Positions 25,174 through 34,477 of a DNA stretch of 64,000 nucleotides are shown here, in pieces. Position numbers and translations under genes: made by a program. The notes below the pieces were generated by a model. The model was not told where the DNA came from, searched no databases, and saw only the letters and a list, made by a program, of their open reading frames with translations. The stretch covers positions 3,047 to 67,046 of IMG/VR virus record IMGVR_UViG_2065487013_000003, one strand, 5' to 3'. The DNA comes from a virus. Numbering within the stretch: position 1 is the stretch's first letter; each line of letters begins with the position of its first letter.

Positions 25174-26235
25174 CTACTCCTCAAGGCTTTTCGCCAGGAT
25201 AACTTTGACGAGACGGTCTGCAGCAGATTTCTGCGCCGGAACGGAGGCAATGATCGTTGGCCGGTCTTTTTCGGCATTCACGCAGACACCACCCCATCGG
25301 GAAATCAGGAAGAAGTCTTCCATCTCAGAGGAGCCCGCATTGCTTGCCAGACCCTCAATCATCTGGACGATATCGACTATTGAGTGGTCAGCCATCAGCC
25401 GCTGAACGGCGTAGCCGAAAGCGTTGATCATCACCGCGTGGAACTGAATGTAGTCGCGCTTATAGTCTGCCTGACTGGTACCGTGGCGAATCGCTTCGAT
25501 CTGCGTCATGGCCAACCAGGCCTCCCAGATGGATTCGATGTCACCCATTTCCAGCGGCTTACTGCCCGCGTTGGCAAACTTGGCCGTCGCGTCGCTAAGC
25601 GCCTTGAAGCTCACCCACAACTTACTTTTCGCCGGAACGACGTTGTGCTCGAAGTCTGTCACCTCTGCGAAGGTGTCGTTCTGAGACAGGAACGTCACCA
25701 TCCCCTGTGCAACTTCATTACGCCCGTCATAGGCCATGTTGATCGCAGCGGAAGGTTTAGAGACGTTGTTATTGATATCGGAGAAGAACTGCTGGCGTGC
25801 CTTCAGCGGGAGGTTATGGGTCAGCATTAATGGGATGCTGATCGGCTCTCCGTATGTCCGGCAGAACTCCGCCAATCCGGCGGCGCGGTGCTGGCCGTCG
25901 AACAGCTTAATTACCGCATCCATCGGGAAGCGTGCGACGCCAACATTCGTATTACCGAACTCTTCAAACTCAATATCCGCGTCGCAGTTGCCGACCAGCG
26001 GCGGGATGATGAAGGGCTCTTTGTTTTGGTATGCATTGACGAGGTACTGGTAAAACTTCTTCACTCGCGCCTGGTTAATTTCGCGTTGAGAACGCTCGAG
26101 CGTGCTGCCGTGATTGTCGGAGGCAAGTATGCGCGTCAGCGCGCGGGCCGGTGCCGTTATCATGTAAGTCGCCGTGCCACCCTGCATTCCGCGCGACGCC
26201 GGGAACTCGAAGAAATAATCGCCTACTTTGCTCAT
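25174..26235 (-). CDS. DGQHR-domain (DndB-like) protein
   Basis: QREINQARV, PPLVGN, LFDGQHRAAG, QQFFSDINNNVSKPS. Confidence 0.88.
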   Translation of the reverse strand: MSKVGDYFFEFPASRGMQGGTATYMITAPARALTRILASDNHGSTLERSQREINQARVKKFYQYLVNAYQNKEPFIIPPLVGNCDADIEFEEFGNTNVGVARFPMDAVIKLFDGQHRAAGLAEFCRTYGEPISIPLMLTHNLPLKARQQFFSDINNNVSKPSAAINMAYDGRNEVAQGMVTFLSQNDTFAEVTDFEHNVVPAKSKLWVSFKALSDATAKFANAGSKPLEMGDIESIWEAWLAMTQIEAIRHGTSQADYKRDYIQFHAVMINAFGYAVQRLMADHSIVDIVQMIEGLASNAGSSEMEDFFLISRWGGVCVNAEKDRPTIIASVPAQKSAADRLVKVILAKSLEE

Positions 26236-26399
26236 GCACCCTCCCGCTCCGGATCGTTAACATCCCAGCCATTACGCTCAATATTGGTTTGCAGCCGCTT
26301 GTCTCCGACCTCTTCAATGCTACGGCCGGTAATCTCTGCGACTTCAGAGTTTGAGTGTCGCCACAGCAGCGCCAGCTCTTCGAGTGACCACGCTTTCAT
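26232..26399 (-). CDS. Small HTH-like protein
   Basis: [27 protein letters not shown]; ATGA-coupled; absent from the ORF track. Confidence 0.6.
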   Translation of the reverse strand: MKAWSLEELALLWRHSNSEVAEITGRSIEEVGDKRLQTNIERNGWDVNDPEREGA

Positions 26400-26824
26400 A
26401 GCACTGACTCCATTTCGTCGATGTAGAGGCCCTGAGCAATCAGGCGGCGACGGCGGGCGGCACGTTCAATGCACTCCTGCCGTCTACCTTCCTGTGATTG
26501 CTCAATGGCGCGCCGGGTGAACAGGCGCGATTTACCCTGCGGTGTTACGACTTTTGGCTTCGTGACCAGGTCGAATGCCCGGTCGCAGATGCCGTCCTCG
26601 TTGATCCACTTTTTCGACTCAACGATCTGCGCTATCTGTCCGGAGCCGCGGGTAATGCCATTGGCGACCCGGTTAAACTCGATGAGCGTTACGCCAAACT
26701 TCTCTGCGATTTCGCTGCCGGTTACCGGGCGGCCGCGCGTCTGAATCATCCAGATAACGCGTTCACGGAGGCCAGAAAATTGCCCGGTTCGCCCGGGCCT
26801 GCGGTAAAAGGGTGTGCGTTTCAT
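26396..26824 (-). CDS. Hypothetical (winged-HTH-like) protein downstream of exo
   Basis: [16 protein letters not shown]; ATGA overlap with the exo stop. Confidence 0.65.
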   Translation of the reverse strand: MKRTPFYRRPGRTGQFSGLRERVIWMIQTRGRPVTGSEIAEKFGVTLIEFNRVANGITRGSGQIAQIVESKKWINEDGICDRAFDLVTKPKVVTPQGKSRLFTRRAIEQSQEGRRQECIERAARRRRLIAQGLYIDEMESVL

Positions 26825-27501
26825 TTCCACTGCTCCCCGAACGTGAAGCCGATCTCCGCCAGGGCCTCGTCCATCTTCTCGATGAACTCCGGCACCATTT
26901 CGTTGAAATCGGACATGTATTGCGGATCCCGCTCAACGACGACGTGGTGAATTCCTTCGCGTTTCATGCGCGGGTCGTAGTTGGCAAAGAACCAGGCGTC
27001 TTTCCCGGTCACCCACATGCTGTACTGTACCTGGGCCATGTACGCAGACTTGATGGCTTCGAAACCGCCAAGGCGGAATTTCATGAAGTCGCGGGAGGTG
27101 AAAGGGCATTTAAGCTCAAGGCCGAACCCATTACTGCACAGGCCGTCAGGGGAGCACGCGGTGCGCATGCTCTCGTCACGGAACAGGATCGGAGACTCCG
27201 TGACTTTCACGTCCGTGGTGAACTCGAAGAGGGTGCGGGCGTCTTCCTCGTACTGCTTGCCCCAGGCCAGCGCCTTGGCGTTAACCTCTGGCGCGACGCC
27301 GGTGCATACCTCGGCGAGCAGCGTGTGGAAGTAGGACATTTTCATGTCTGTCCACTTCTTTCCCGATCGTGGCTTGGATATGACGTTGTGCACTTCAGAG
27401 GCGGTGATAACGCCGAGGCGCAGCCGGTGCCACGCCTCATCACCCTGTTGGATAGTGGTAACGTCAATACCGGTCCGGGCCAGGATAATTTCTGGTGTCA
27501 T
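26821..27501 (-). CDS. exo: Lambda exonuclease (Red alpha)
   Basis: [35 protein letters not shown]. Confidence 0.96.
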   Translation of the reverse strand: MTPEIILARTGIDVTTIQQGDEAWHRLRLGVITASEVHNVISKPRSGKKWTDMKMSYFHTLLAEVCTGVAPEVNAKALAWGKQYEEDARTLFEFTTDVKVTESPILFRDESMRTACSPDGLCSNGFGLELKCPFTSRDFMKFRLGGFEAIKSAYMAQVQYSMWVTGKDAWFFANYDPRMKREGIHHVVVERDPQYMSDFNEMVPEFIEKMDEALAEIGFTFGEQWK

Positions 27502-28343
27502 GCTGCCGCCTTAGCCCTTTTCTGAAGGAAGCCAAACCCTTTCTGTGCCTCTTCTTCAGTGAGTTCTGACGCCTCAAGAATTTGCCGTTTGAAGATGTCG
27601 CTGCACAGTGGTAGGAAGTCTTTCTCCCAGTCTTTATCCAGAGTTGTTAAGAGATCGGTGATCGCTTGAAGCGTTTCTTCGCTTGCTGCTGGTGGAAGTG
27701 CTTCTGTGGTACTTCGCGGCGTGACGTCACGCATATCGACATCCAGAGATTTGCCTTCCATTTCTTCGGCGGTAGGCTGCTGCCCAATCTCAGGCCATGC
27801 CTTGCGCAACGCTTGGGCTTCTGCGCATTTCGCCAGCTGTCCATACGGGCGTTTTTTCCACATCGCATTCGGCGCCGTGGTGTCGCGGCCGCCGGTGGCG
27901 TAGTTTTCAATCCAGTATTCTTTGGCGCTGAACTCGACGATCTCGCCGCTGGGCATGCGCTTATAAACGGTGTATTTGCACCACTGAGGGAAAGTCACTT
28001 CGACACCAGTAAGTGTCTGAGTAACGTCAGGACCGAACTCTGGTTCGCGGGCACCGGCATAATCACCTGAGCGGTCCGCCTGAATGCGGTAAAGCCCGAT
28101 GCCCGGCATGACCACGTCGCGCCAATCACCTTTACCTGTTTTCGAGTCTTTGACGTACATCGGAACGAGGTGGACAGGTTTGAGCAACGGATCCAGCTGG
28201 CGGGCGCGGCAGTAATCAAGCGCCATCATTACCGATTCGTCTTTGGCGCCAGGGTAGATGCTATTCTTCAGCGCGCTCCAGGTGGAGACATCGACACCTA
28301 TCTCCTGAAGTGACGTCGCTGTGATTGTTAATTCGTTTGCCAT
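27498..28343 (-). CDS. bet: Recombination protein Bet (Red beta)
   Basis: [38 protein letters not shown]; start ATG 28343. Confidence 0.92.
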   Translation of the reverse strand: MANELTITATSLQEIGVDVSTWSALKNSIYPGAKDESVMMALDYCRARQLDPLLKPVHLVPMYVKDSKTGKGDWRDVVMPGIGLYRIQADRSGDYAGAREPEFGPDVTQTLTGVEVTFPQWCKYTVYKRMPSGEIVEFSAKEYWIENYATGGRDTTAPNAMWKKRPYGQLAKCAEAQALRKAWPEIGQQPTAEEMEGKSLDVDMRDVTPRSTTEALPPAASEETLQAITDLLTTLDKDWEKDFLPLCSDIFKRQILEASELTEEEAQKGFGFLQKRAKAAA

Positions 28344-28361
28344 CGTTAATCCCCTCAAAAA

Positions 28362-28646
28362 TTAAAACGGGCAGCCGGTACGGTGCTCCCAGTCGTATTC
28401 CGCCTGGGCGTAAGCAACGGCCGAAATGAAATCGTTGTAGGCCTCACCAGCTTTATCGCTGCGAAGTCCTTCGTATGGACTGGAGTCAATCGGTACCGTG
28501 AAGTGGAAGAGGCCAGACGGCTCTTTTGGCATCATGTCGATGATTTGCTGCGCCCGGTCGTCGATCCACTTCTCTTTCTCGTCGGTGAGCTGCTGCTCAA
28601 CCCAGCGCCGATCTTCGATGCGGTCATTAGTGAGGTATGCGTTCAT
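28362..28646 (-). CDS. Gam-like protein (gam position)
   Basis: MNAY..DRIE...W start resembles Gam; lies directly upstream of bet. Confidence 0.5.
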   Translation of the reverse strand: MNAYLTNDRIEDRRWVEQQLTDEKEKWIDDRAQQIIDMMPKEPSGLFHFTVPIDSSPYEGLRSDKAGEAYNDFISAVAYAQAEYDWEHRTGCPF

Positions 28647-28718
28647 GGCTGAACTCCTGAAATTTGCATGTGCAGATCCCGCCCGCAGAAAGCCAGGCCG
28701 ATCGGATGAATAGGGTGG

Positions 28719-28916
28719 TTAGTGCTGCGCGATGGATTTCGCCGGGAACTCGCCGTTGCGGAGGATGCTTTCTACCGGCCAGCATTCTGCTGTTACTTTC
28801 TGCTCTGTTGCTGCCTGGCTGCATTCCTGCGGGCTATCGTAAACGCCGAGAATGACGTCCTGGTAATCACCGTTGGTCATTGCCACGGTCAGAACGAGCG
28901 CGAATAAAGTTTCCAT
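28719..28916 (-). CDS. ydfD: DUF1482 / YdfD-like protein
   Basis: FALVLTVAMTNG.YQDVILGVYDS.QEC...ECWPV. Confidence 0.75.
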   Translation of the reverse strand: METLFALVLTVAMTNGDYQDVILGVYDSPQECSQAATEQKVTAECWPVESILRNGEFPAKSIAQH

Positions 28917-29044
28917 CAGTGAAGAGTCCTCCCGATGGCGACGGCGTAAAGGCGCTTTGCTTCTTCCCACGCCGGAGCATTGCGATGGAGCACCGCGAAC
29001 GAAGCGAGTCGTTGGGCCTCTCTAATCTGCTGCTGGTTTACCAT
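28916..29044 (-). CDS. kil: Kil-like cell division inhibitory peptide (42 aa)
   Basis: MVNQQQIREAQRLASFAVLHRNAPAWEEAKRLYAVAIGRTLH; AAGAGGA RBS; kil position; absent from the ORF track. Confidence 0.6.
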   Translation of the reverse strand: MVNQQQIREAQRLASFAVLHRNAPAWEEAKRLYAVAIGRTLH

Positions 29045-29167
29045 GATTTCCTCTTGGCCTTATCGCGGCGAACGGAACGGTTAATACAAGACTTCTGCGC
29101 TTAATCTCTGGCGGTGGATGGCCGCCGGTTGTCATAACTAAGCCGCCTCGGTGAAGCGACTGAGGTA

Positions 29168-29190
29168 TGAAAAAACCCGCCGTGGCGGGT
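29168..29190 (-). terminator. pL operon terminator
   Basis: CCCGCC-AC-GGCGGG followed by T6 on the minus strand. Confidence 0.8.
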
Positions 29191-29384
29191 CATTCAGATG
29201 CTGCTTTCAACTTGTTGAGGAGATTCGACGCCGCCTCTGCATCAGTTCTTGTGCAGCAGTCGAACACCGCATAGCTCAACTCGCCAATGCGCTTGTAAAC
29301 CGTCCAGAACTTCGCTTCTTCATCACTAACTCGCTCAACTTCACCATCGCGCTCAATCGCGCCATGCACGAAGTATTCATCCAT
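29190..29384 (-). CDS. Hypothetical 64-aa early protein
   Basis: AGAGG RBS, compact ORF. Confidence 0.55.
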   Translation of the reverse strand: MDEYFVHGAIERDGEVERVSDEEAKFWTVYKRIGELSYAVFDCCTRTDAEAASNLLNKLKAASE

Positions 29385-29430
29385 ACACTAACCCTCTGTA
29401 TGCACCCATAAAAAAGGCCGCCTAAGCGAC

Positions 29431-29622
29431 CTATTCGACATCTTTCACCAAAATGAATATGCTTTGACCGTTAATGCAGTCTTCCATCCCAGATCGACTT
29501 CCATTTAAGTGCCTCATCATTGAGCTGCCATCTTTCCATGCATAAGTGACCTCAAGAAGAGTGCCATCGAGTGGGCATTCGTAAACCTGACCAATCTTTT
29601 TCATTGGATATGCACTTTTCAT
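29431..29622 (-). CDS. Hypothetical 63-aa protein, first ORF of the pL transcript
   Basis: TAAGG RBS; followed by a terminator-like hairpin at about 29410-29432; not Arg-rich, so not N-like. Confidence 0.5.
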   Translation of the reverse strand: MKSAYPMKKIGQVYECPLDGTLLEVTYAWKDGSSMMRHLNGSRSGMEDCINGQSIFILVKDVE

Positions 29623-29624
29623 CG

Positions 29625-29945
29625 CCTTACCCTCTGTCGTTACCCGCTGATGCGGGAGAAATGCTTAATTCAGCCCAGCCCACTCAACTTCGAATGGGCT
29701 GGAATAAATCTGTTTGCGCTTCGCACCTCTCATCCCGCCAGTGTTTCCCGTTCCCACGCCTTTATCGCTCTCGCGAGGGGGTAGCCTCACACCGACCGGA
29801 TCGCGCCCGGTGCTACGCCGCACATTTGCGTTGGGGTCTAAACAGGATTACCGAGTGCTGTTCCGACTTTGCATGTTGTTAAAAAGCAGGCGACTTGCTG
29901 TCCGCCGCTGGCTCACTTCGCTCAGCTGTCGATGTTTCGTTTCGA
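29625..29945 (-). ncRNA. Long structured pL leader / candidate sRNA(s)
   Basis: About 320 nt with no credible ORF, several hairpins, and a boxA-like TGCTTTTTAACAA at 29888-29876. Confidence 0.4.
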
Positions 29946-29952
29946 TGGGTTG

Positions 29953-29981
29953 AATATACAAAACGTATTCTTGTCATGCAA
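29953..29981 (-). promoter_or_regulatory. pL promoter
   Basis: TTGCAT-17-TATATT on the minus strand, overlapped by operators. Confidence 0.8.
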
Positions 29982-30027
29982 TACGAAATGTATATTTATG
30001 GGGTGGATTTGTGATAACAAATTGTAT
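29956..30027. promoter_or_regulatory. OL1-OL3 operators (ATACA-N3-YGTAT)
   Basis: ATACAAAACGTAT 29956, ATACGAAATGTAT 29981, TAACAAATTGTAT 30015. Confidence 0.85.
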
Positions 30028-30197
30028 TCTAAGGTGATTTATTTTTGTGCTTTGGTGCTAGGAACCAAAAACGAAGGAGAGAGGATGCATCCTGCACTTA
30101 CGTATCTATGAAGTGGAGGTTAAGTTGGGGCCGGAAATGGGAAGTGAAAGGCGGTACTGCGCCACCGCCAGAAGGTGGTGGCTGAATGGCGGGGTGT

Positions 30198-30686
30198 TTA
30201 GTTTGTTGGTGACTGGCAATAGGCGGTAGATACTAGATCGTACTGTTTATTTTCAATTTTTACCTGGTTTCGCCCAAAATCACCAGCCGCAGATCTTGTC
30301 ATTGCCGGCTGCTTAGAAGGCTTGATTGTCACAGCTTTGTTTTTTTCAATGTATACGAACCTTGCGCCAATTTTGCTGAGGTGTGTTTTCCCAGAAACTA
30401 CACCGCAGACAGCTTTTCCACTTTCTGATTCAACAACCTTTACGTCACTAAAGGTGAGGCCGTTTGCAACTGCAAAGGTGTTATCACAAGTGGCTATGGC
30501 TAAGGGTTTCTTAGACTCATCAGCTGCAGCTACCCTCATAAAATCTGTGCACTTGTTTGTAGCATCACGGGACTTCAGGTTATCAATAACGGCAGTTTTA
30601 GCGTTAGCAACCAAAGCCTGGTCCTGAGCATAAAGAGATGTCGAGCAAAGCAATAGCGATAACAAAAAAGAATTTTTCATAAGCAT
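30198..30686 (-). CDS. Exported protein co-transcribed with cI (rex position)
   Basis: Signal peptide MKNSFLLSLLLCSTSLYA, four Cys in the mature part; 15 bp after the cI stop. Confidence 0.75.
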   Translation of the reverse strand: MLMKNSFLLSLLLCSTSLYAQDQALVANAKTAVIDNLKSRDATNKCTDFMRVAAADESKKPLAIATCDNTFAVANGLTFSDVKVVESESGKAVCGVVSGKTHLSKIGARFVYIEKNKAVTIKPSKQPAMTRSAAGDFGRNQVKIENKQYDLVSTAYCQSPTN

Positions 30687-30701
30687 CCTTACTGTTTGCG
30701 T

Positions 30702-31361
30702 TTAAATAAGTCTTAGCTTTGTTTCCACAGCTACGCCAATAATCCTGCAGTTCCCGTTAATAGGTACCAGTGGCCATTGCGGATTTAGGCCCTTCAGATA
30801 CCTTTGTCCACCATCGATGACTAGCTTTTTGAAAGTTGCTTCGTTCGATTCAGATAGCTTGGCAATTACCAGGCTACCATTGACTGCGTCTCTTCCGGTG
30901 TCGAAAAGTACATAGGTTCCTTCAGGAATACTCAATCCAGTAGGGGCAGTCATTGACTCTCCCTCAACGAGCAACCAGAACGCGTCTCCCTGGATGTGAG
31001 CATTTGACTCAAGCCAGAGATCTATATCTTTCAGGGTATAAGGCTCAACCGCTTCACACCATGAACCAGCCTGAACGCTGCTGATTACTGGGTACTTATT
31101 TCCCGGGCTATAGGGACCAACATACTCAACATCACCCTTAAGTGTGTCATCAATGATCAAGCCTCCTGCTCCTACGGAAAAGTTCTTTTTGCCAAGGAAC
31201 TGCAATATTTTTGCGATCTCGGAAAGGCTTGGCTCACGACGAGCGTTCAGCCAATGACTTACCGCACCTTTAGTAATGCCGAGGTGCTCCGCCAGCTGTT
31301 CCTGATTGATGCCCTGACTTTTCATCAGGGTCTTAGCTAAGTCGTACCATTTCATAGTCAT
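30702..31361 (-). CDS. cI: CI repressor (HTH + S24 autopeptidase), RecA-cleavable
   Basis: QEQLAEHLGITKGAVSHWLN HTH; QAG cleavage site, GESM Ser, TFKKL Lys; start ATG 31361 (or 31355). Confidence 0.96.
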   Translation of the reverse strand: MTMKWYDLAKTLMKSQGINQEQLAEHLGITKGAVSHWLNARREPSLSEIAKILQFLGKKNFSVGAGGLIIDDTLKGDVEYVGPYSPGNKYPVISSVQAGSWCEAVEPYTLKDIDLWLESNAHIQGDAFWLLVEGESMTAPTGLSIPEGTYVLFDTGRDAVNGSLVIAKLSESNEATFKKLVIDGGQRYLKGLNPQWPLVPINGNCRIIGVAVETKLRLI

Positions 31362-31367
31362 ACCCGA

Positions 31368-31396
31368 ATGATACAAGTTGTATATATTTGCGCGAG
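31368..31396 (-). promoter_or_regulatory. pRM-like promoter giving a leaderless cI mRNA
   Basis: -10 TATCAT ends 6 nt before the A of ATG 31361; weak -35 (CTCGCG). Confidence 0.6.
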
Positions 31397-31442
31397 CCAC
31401 AATTCGTATATTTTACTTGCGAACAAAGAATACAAAACGTAT
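31371..31442. promoter_or_regulatory. OR3-OR1 operators
   Basis: ATACAAGTTGTAT 31371, CCACAATTCGTAT 31397, ATACAAAACGTAT 31430. Confidence 0.85.
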
Positions 31443-31445
31443 ATT
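31417..31445 (+). promoter_or_regulatory. pR promoter
   Basis: TTGCGA-17-TATATT. Confidence 0.8.
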
Positions 31446-31469
31446 TAAGTTGTTTAAAGGAGACCCGAC

Positions 31470-31688
31470 ATGAACAACATCCGAAAAATCCGCAGAAACA
31501 TCGGCTTGACTCAGCGCCAGATGGCGGAAGAGCTGAACCTGACGACAGGCGCGGTATGCCATTACGAAAAAAATAAACGCAGCTTAAGCCTGGAGCAGTG
31601 CCGGGCGATTGTTGCGGCTCTGAATAAGCATGGCGCTTCAGTTAGCGTCGATGACGTTTTTCCACCAATCAACAGCAACGCCGCTTAA
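31470..31688 (+). CDS. cro: Cro-like HTH regulator
   Basis: [24 protein letters not shown]; divergent from cI; AAGGAG RBS. Confidence 0.9.
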   Translation: MNNIRKIRRNIGLTQRQMAEELNLTTGAVCHYEKNKRSLSLEQCRAIVAALNKHGASVSVDDVFPPINSNAA

Positions 31689-31717
31689 CGGCGGCCTTAA
31701 CCACGAAAGGGAAAGCA

Positions 31718-32260
31718 ATGCATTCACTTGCGTATCAACACAATACCGGAATACACCCGGGAGCGATGATAAACCGCGCTCAAGCTAAAGCGGCGCCAGA
31801 CCACGAAAAGATCCGCGATGCGGTCCGGGCATGGTCGTCGGCTCTGGACAATCAGGATGTCGTTTCGGCGTTGATCATCAACGAATACCGGGAGCAGGGC
31901 GGGACCGCCATCAGCTTCCCGGAGGACATCAGCCGGGCGCGTCAGAAGCTGTTCCGCTTTCTGGACAACCGTTTCGACTCAGAACAGTACCGCGAGAACG
32001 TGCGCCAGCTGACGCCCGCAATCATGGCGGTTCTTCCACTGGAATTTCGCAACCGCCTGGCGCCGCAGAACGACACGATGTCGCTGATCGCCTCTGCGAT
32101 GAAAGAGTGTGCAGAGGCTAAGCAGGCCGTTCTGCTGGACGCTCCAGAGCATCAGAAGCTGAAAGAGGTTAGCGAGGGTATAGCGTCGCTGTTCCGCCTC
32201 ATGCCGGAGCAGGTAGGGCCGCTGATGACGATGGTTACGTCGATGCTGGGGGTTATGTGA
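31718..32260 (+). CDS. ydaT: YdaT-family (DUF1019) CII-equivalent regulator
   Basis: IRDAVRAW...ARQKLFRFLDN...LTPAIMAVLPLEFR...KECAEAKQAVLL; cII position. Confidence 0.85.
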   Translation: MHSLAYQHNTGIHPGAMINRAQAKAAPDHEKIRDAVRAWSSALDNQDVVSALIINEYREQGGTAISFPEDISRARQKLFRFLDNRFDSEQYRENVRQLTPAIMAVLPLEFRNRLAPQNDTMSLIASAMKECAEAKQAVLLDAPEHQKLKEVSEGIASLFRLMPEQVGPLMTMVTSMLGVM

Positions 32261-32345
32261 GAACTACTGAAATGGCGAAAGCCGGTCTGCGCGAACAGAA
32301 CCGACTTTCAGGTGCAAATCGTTTGGACTCTTTGCAGGAGTAAGT

Positions 32346-33245
32346 ATGTCAAACACCGCCAAAGTAATCAAATTTCCTGCGCAACAACCGGCGCAGCAGG
32401 AGAATCGCATGGCCGATCTGGAAAATGGCTATCTTCGCCTTGCTAACCAGATTCAGGATGCCTTGTGTTACGTAGAGCTTTCGGGGCGTGAGTTCCGCGT
32501 ACTGAATGCTATTGTTCGCCTGACGTATGGCTGGTCCAAGAAAGAGGACAGGATCACCAACAGCCTCATCGCAGATAAAACCAGACTGGCCGTTAAGCAC
32601 GTTTCTGAAGCTGTGCTCAGCTTGGCTTATCGCAACATCATCAAGATGCGCAGAATCGGGCAGACACGTTACATTGGGATCAACACGCTTCTGGATAGCT
32701 GGGCTTACACAAAGCCAAAATGTGCAAAGTGCCCGGTCAGTTTCCCGGTCGCTGAAGTTGTAACGCAGGTTATTACCATCCCTGAAATAGGGGATAGCAA
32801 AATCACCTCAAAAACCATCCCTGAAAACGGGGATAACCATCCCCAAAAACAGGGAGAGGTATCCCTGAAAACAGGGAACACCAAAGACATTCTTCCAAAG
32901 ACAAATATAAAACCTAATACCCCCTCTAATCCCCCAAGGGGGAATGGCAAGTTTGATCCGCTCGGTGTTGACGTTCCTGACTGGCTAAACCAAACCGCCT
33001 GGCAGGAATGGGTTGCTTACCGCAAACAGTCTGGCAAGCCTATCAAAACTGAGCTGACCGTCACGAAGGCATTCAAGCTGCTGAAAGAGTGCCTGGAAGG
33101 CGGACACAATCCGGTCGACGTGATCAACACCAGTATTGCGAACGGTTACCAGGGACTTTTTAAGCCGAAGTTCGCTGTCAAACCAGCCGCTAAGCCGGAT
33201 CTGGACTTCAACAACACTGACTGGGTCTACGGGGTGATTCGATGA
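32346..33245 (+). CDS. O: Replication initiator O
   Basis: ADLENGYLRLANQI, RLTYGWSKKEDRI; contains iterons. Confidence 0.93.
   Translation: MSNTAKVIKFPAQQPAQQENRMADLENGYLRLANQIQDALCYVELSGREFRVLNAIVRLTYGWSKKEDRITNSLIADKTRLAVKHVSEAVLSLAYRNIIKMRRIGQTRYIGINTLLDSWAYTKPKCAKCPVSFPVAEVVTQVITIPEIGDSKITSKTIPENGDNHPQKQGEVSLKTGNTKDILPKTNIKPNTPSNPPRGNGKFDPLGVDVPDWLNQTAWQEWVAYRKQSGKPIKTELTVTKAFKLLKECLEGGHNPVDVINTSIANGYQGLFKPKFAVKPAAKPDLDFNNTDWVYGVIR
32778..32878 (+). repeat. Replication origin: four 18-bp iterons
   Basis: ATCCCTGAAATAGGGGAT 32778, ATCCCTGAAAACGGGGAT 32817, ATCCCCAAAAACAGGGAG 32839, ATCCCTGAAAACAGGGAA 32861. Confidence 0.9.
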
Positions 33246-33931
33246 AATCTCTAGCAGAGCAGATGCTTAACCACGACCGCGAGCAGATGAGCCGTATGGC
33301 ACATAACCTGCCAGAGCAGTACCAGGAGCGTGCGCCAGTCGAGCAGGTTGCGCAGGTATTCAACAAGCTGTTCAACGAGCTGCGCGCCGCGTTCCCGGCA
33401 AGCATGGCGAACTTCCGCACCCAGGACGACCTGAACGAATTTCGCCGTCAGTGGCTGCTGGCATTTCAGGAGAACGGGATCCACTCAATGGCTCAGGTCG
33501 ATGCCGGAATGCGTGTAGCTCGCCGCCAGGAGCGTCCATTCCTGCCGTCGCCGGGTCAGTTCGTCGCCTGGTGCAAGCAGAGCGGCGGGGCGCTGGGCAT
33601 CACCGTTGACCAGGTGACCGCCGAATACTGGGACTGGCGTAACCGGTCGTTCGAATTCACATCCAGTGAGCAATTCCCTTGGTCACAGCCGGTCATGTAC
33701 CACATCTGCGTTGAACTGCGCCACCGCAGTACAGAGCGCCAGTTGACTCATGGCGAGCTGGCTCGTGAAGCGGGCGATCTGCTGGATATGTGGGAGAAGC
33801 GCGTCACCGAGGGTAAGCCAGTACCGCCGGTACGCCGGGCAATTGCCGCACCTGCCGCCGGGCATGGGCCTACGCCGATCCAACTGCTTCAGGCCAAGTA
33901 CAACCGCAACAAGTCGAACGGGATGGTGTGA
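33242..33931 (+). CDS. P: Replication protein P (DnaB loader)
   Basis: EFRRQWLLAFQENGI, PFLPSPGQFVAWC. Confidence 0.92.
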   Translation: MKSLAEQMLNHDREQMSRMAHNLPEQYQERAPVEQVAQVFNKLFNELRAAFPASMANFRTQDDLNEFRRQWLLAFQENGIHSMAQVDAGMRVARRQERPFLPSPGQFVAWCKQSGGALGITVDQVTAEYWDWRNRSFEFTSSEQFPWSQPVMYHICVELRHRSTERQLTHGELAREAGDLLDMWEKRVTEGKPVPPVRRAIAAPAAGHGPTPIQLLQAKYNRNKSNGMV

Positions 33932-33932
33932 G

Positions 33933-34232
33933 ATGAAAGGCAAACAGGCAATTCTGCGTTATCTCGAAACGCACCGGACCTTCACCGCGAAGGATGTGGC
34001 CACAGAATGCGGTATGACAATCAACTGCATCACGAAGAACGCTATCGACCTGGAGCGGGCCCGCAAGATTGTCCGGGTGAACAAGGTCTGGCGAACGGTG
34101 ACTTATCGCCTGGCGACGCCAGAAGAACAGGATGGCACCGCGCGCAGCTGCACCAACGGAATATTTCAGGAGTGCCGCAACAGCGCGGCTATGAAGCGAG
34201 TATTGATGGTTTGGGGGAGGGCAGGGGTATGA
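33933..34232 (+). CDS. ren: Ren-like protein
   Basis: MKGKQAILRYLETH...KVWRTVTYRLAT...IFQECRNSAAMKRVL. Confidence 0.85.
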   Translation: MKGKQAILRYLETHRTFTAKDVATECGMTINCITKNAIDLERARKIVRVNKVWRTVTYRLATPEEQDGTARSCTNGIFQECRNSAAMKRVLMVWGRAGV

Positions 34233-34477
34233 GCGAATGGAGTGATTATCGCTGGATGGTTAGGACCATGGCGAAGGATAACTGTGTAACGCTCATCAGC
34301 ATCGCCAAGCACTGCGGCGTATCGCACAGGAAGCTTAATCAAATTCTGCAAACCGGGCCATCCAAAGAACAGGAAGAACTCATAGCCGAAGCTCTGGGGT
34401 GCGCAGGGTGTGACCTTGCGGAAATCCACAGGCAAATGGGCGAGTTATCAGACAAGTACGGGAGAGCATCAGCATGA
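34229..34477 (+). CDS. Small HTH protein
   Basis: LISIAKHCGVSHRKLNQIL; ATGA-coupled. Confidence 0.6.
   Translation: MSEWSDYRWMVRTMAKDNCVTLISIAKHCGVSHRKLNQILQTGPSKEQEELIAEALGCAGCDLAEIHRQMGELSDKYGRASA

Noticed and set aside
32262-32352. oop-like antisense RNA (imperfect hairpin at 32278-32309 plus a minus-strand TTGACA)
   Set aside because: No acceptable -10 at the right spacing; hairpin alone is insufficient.
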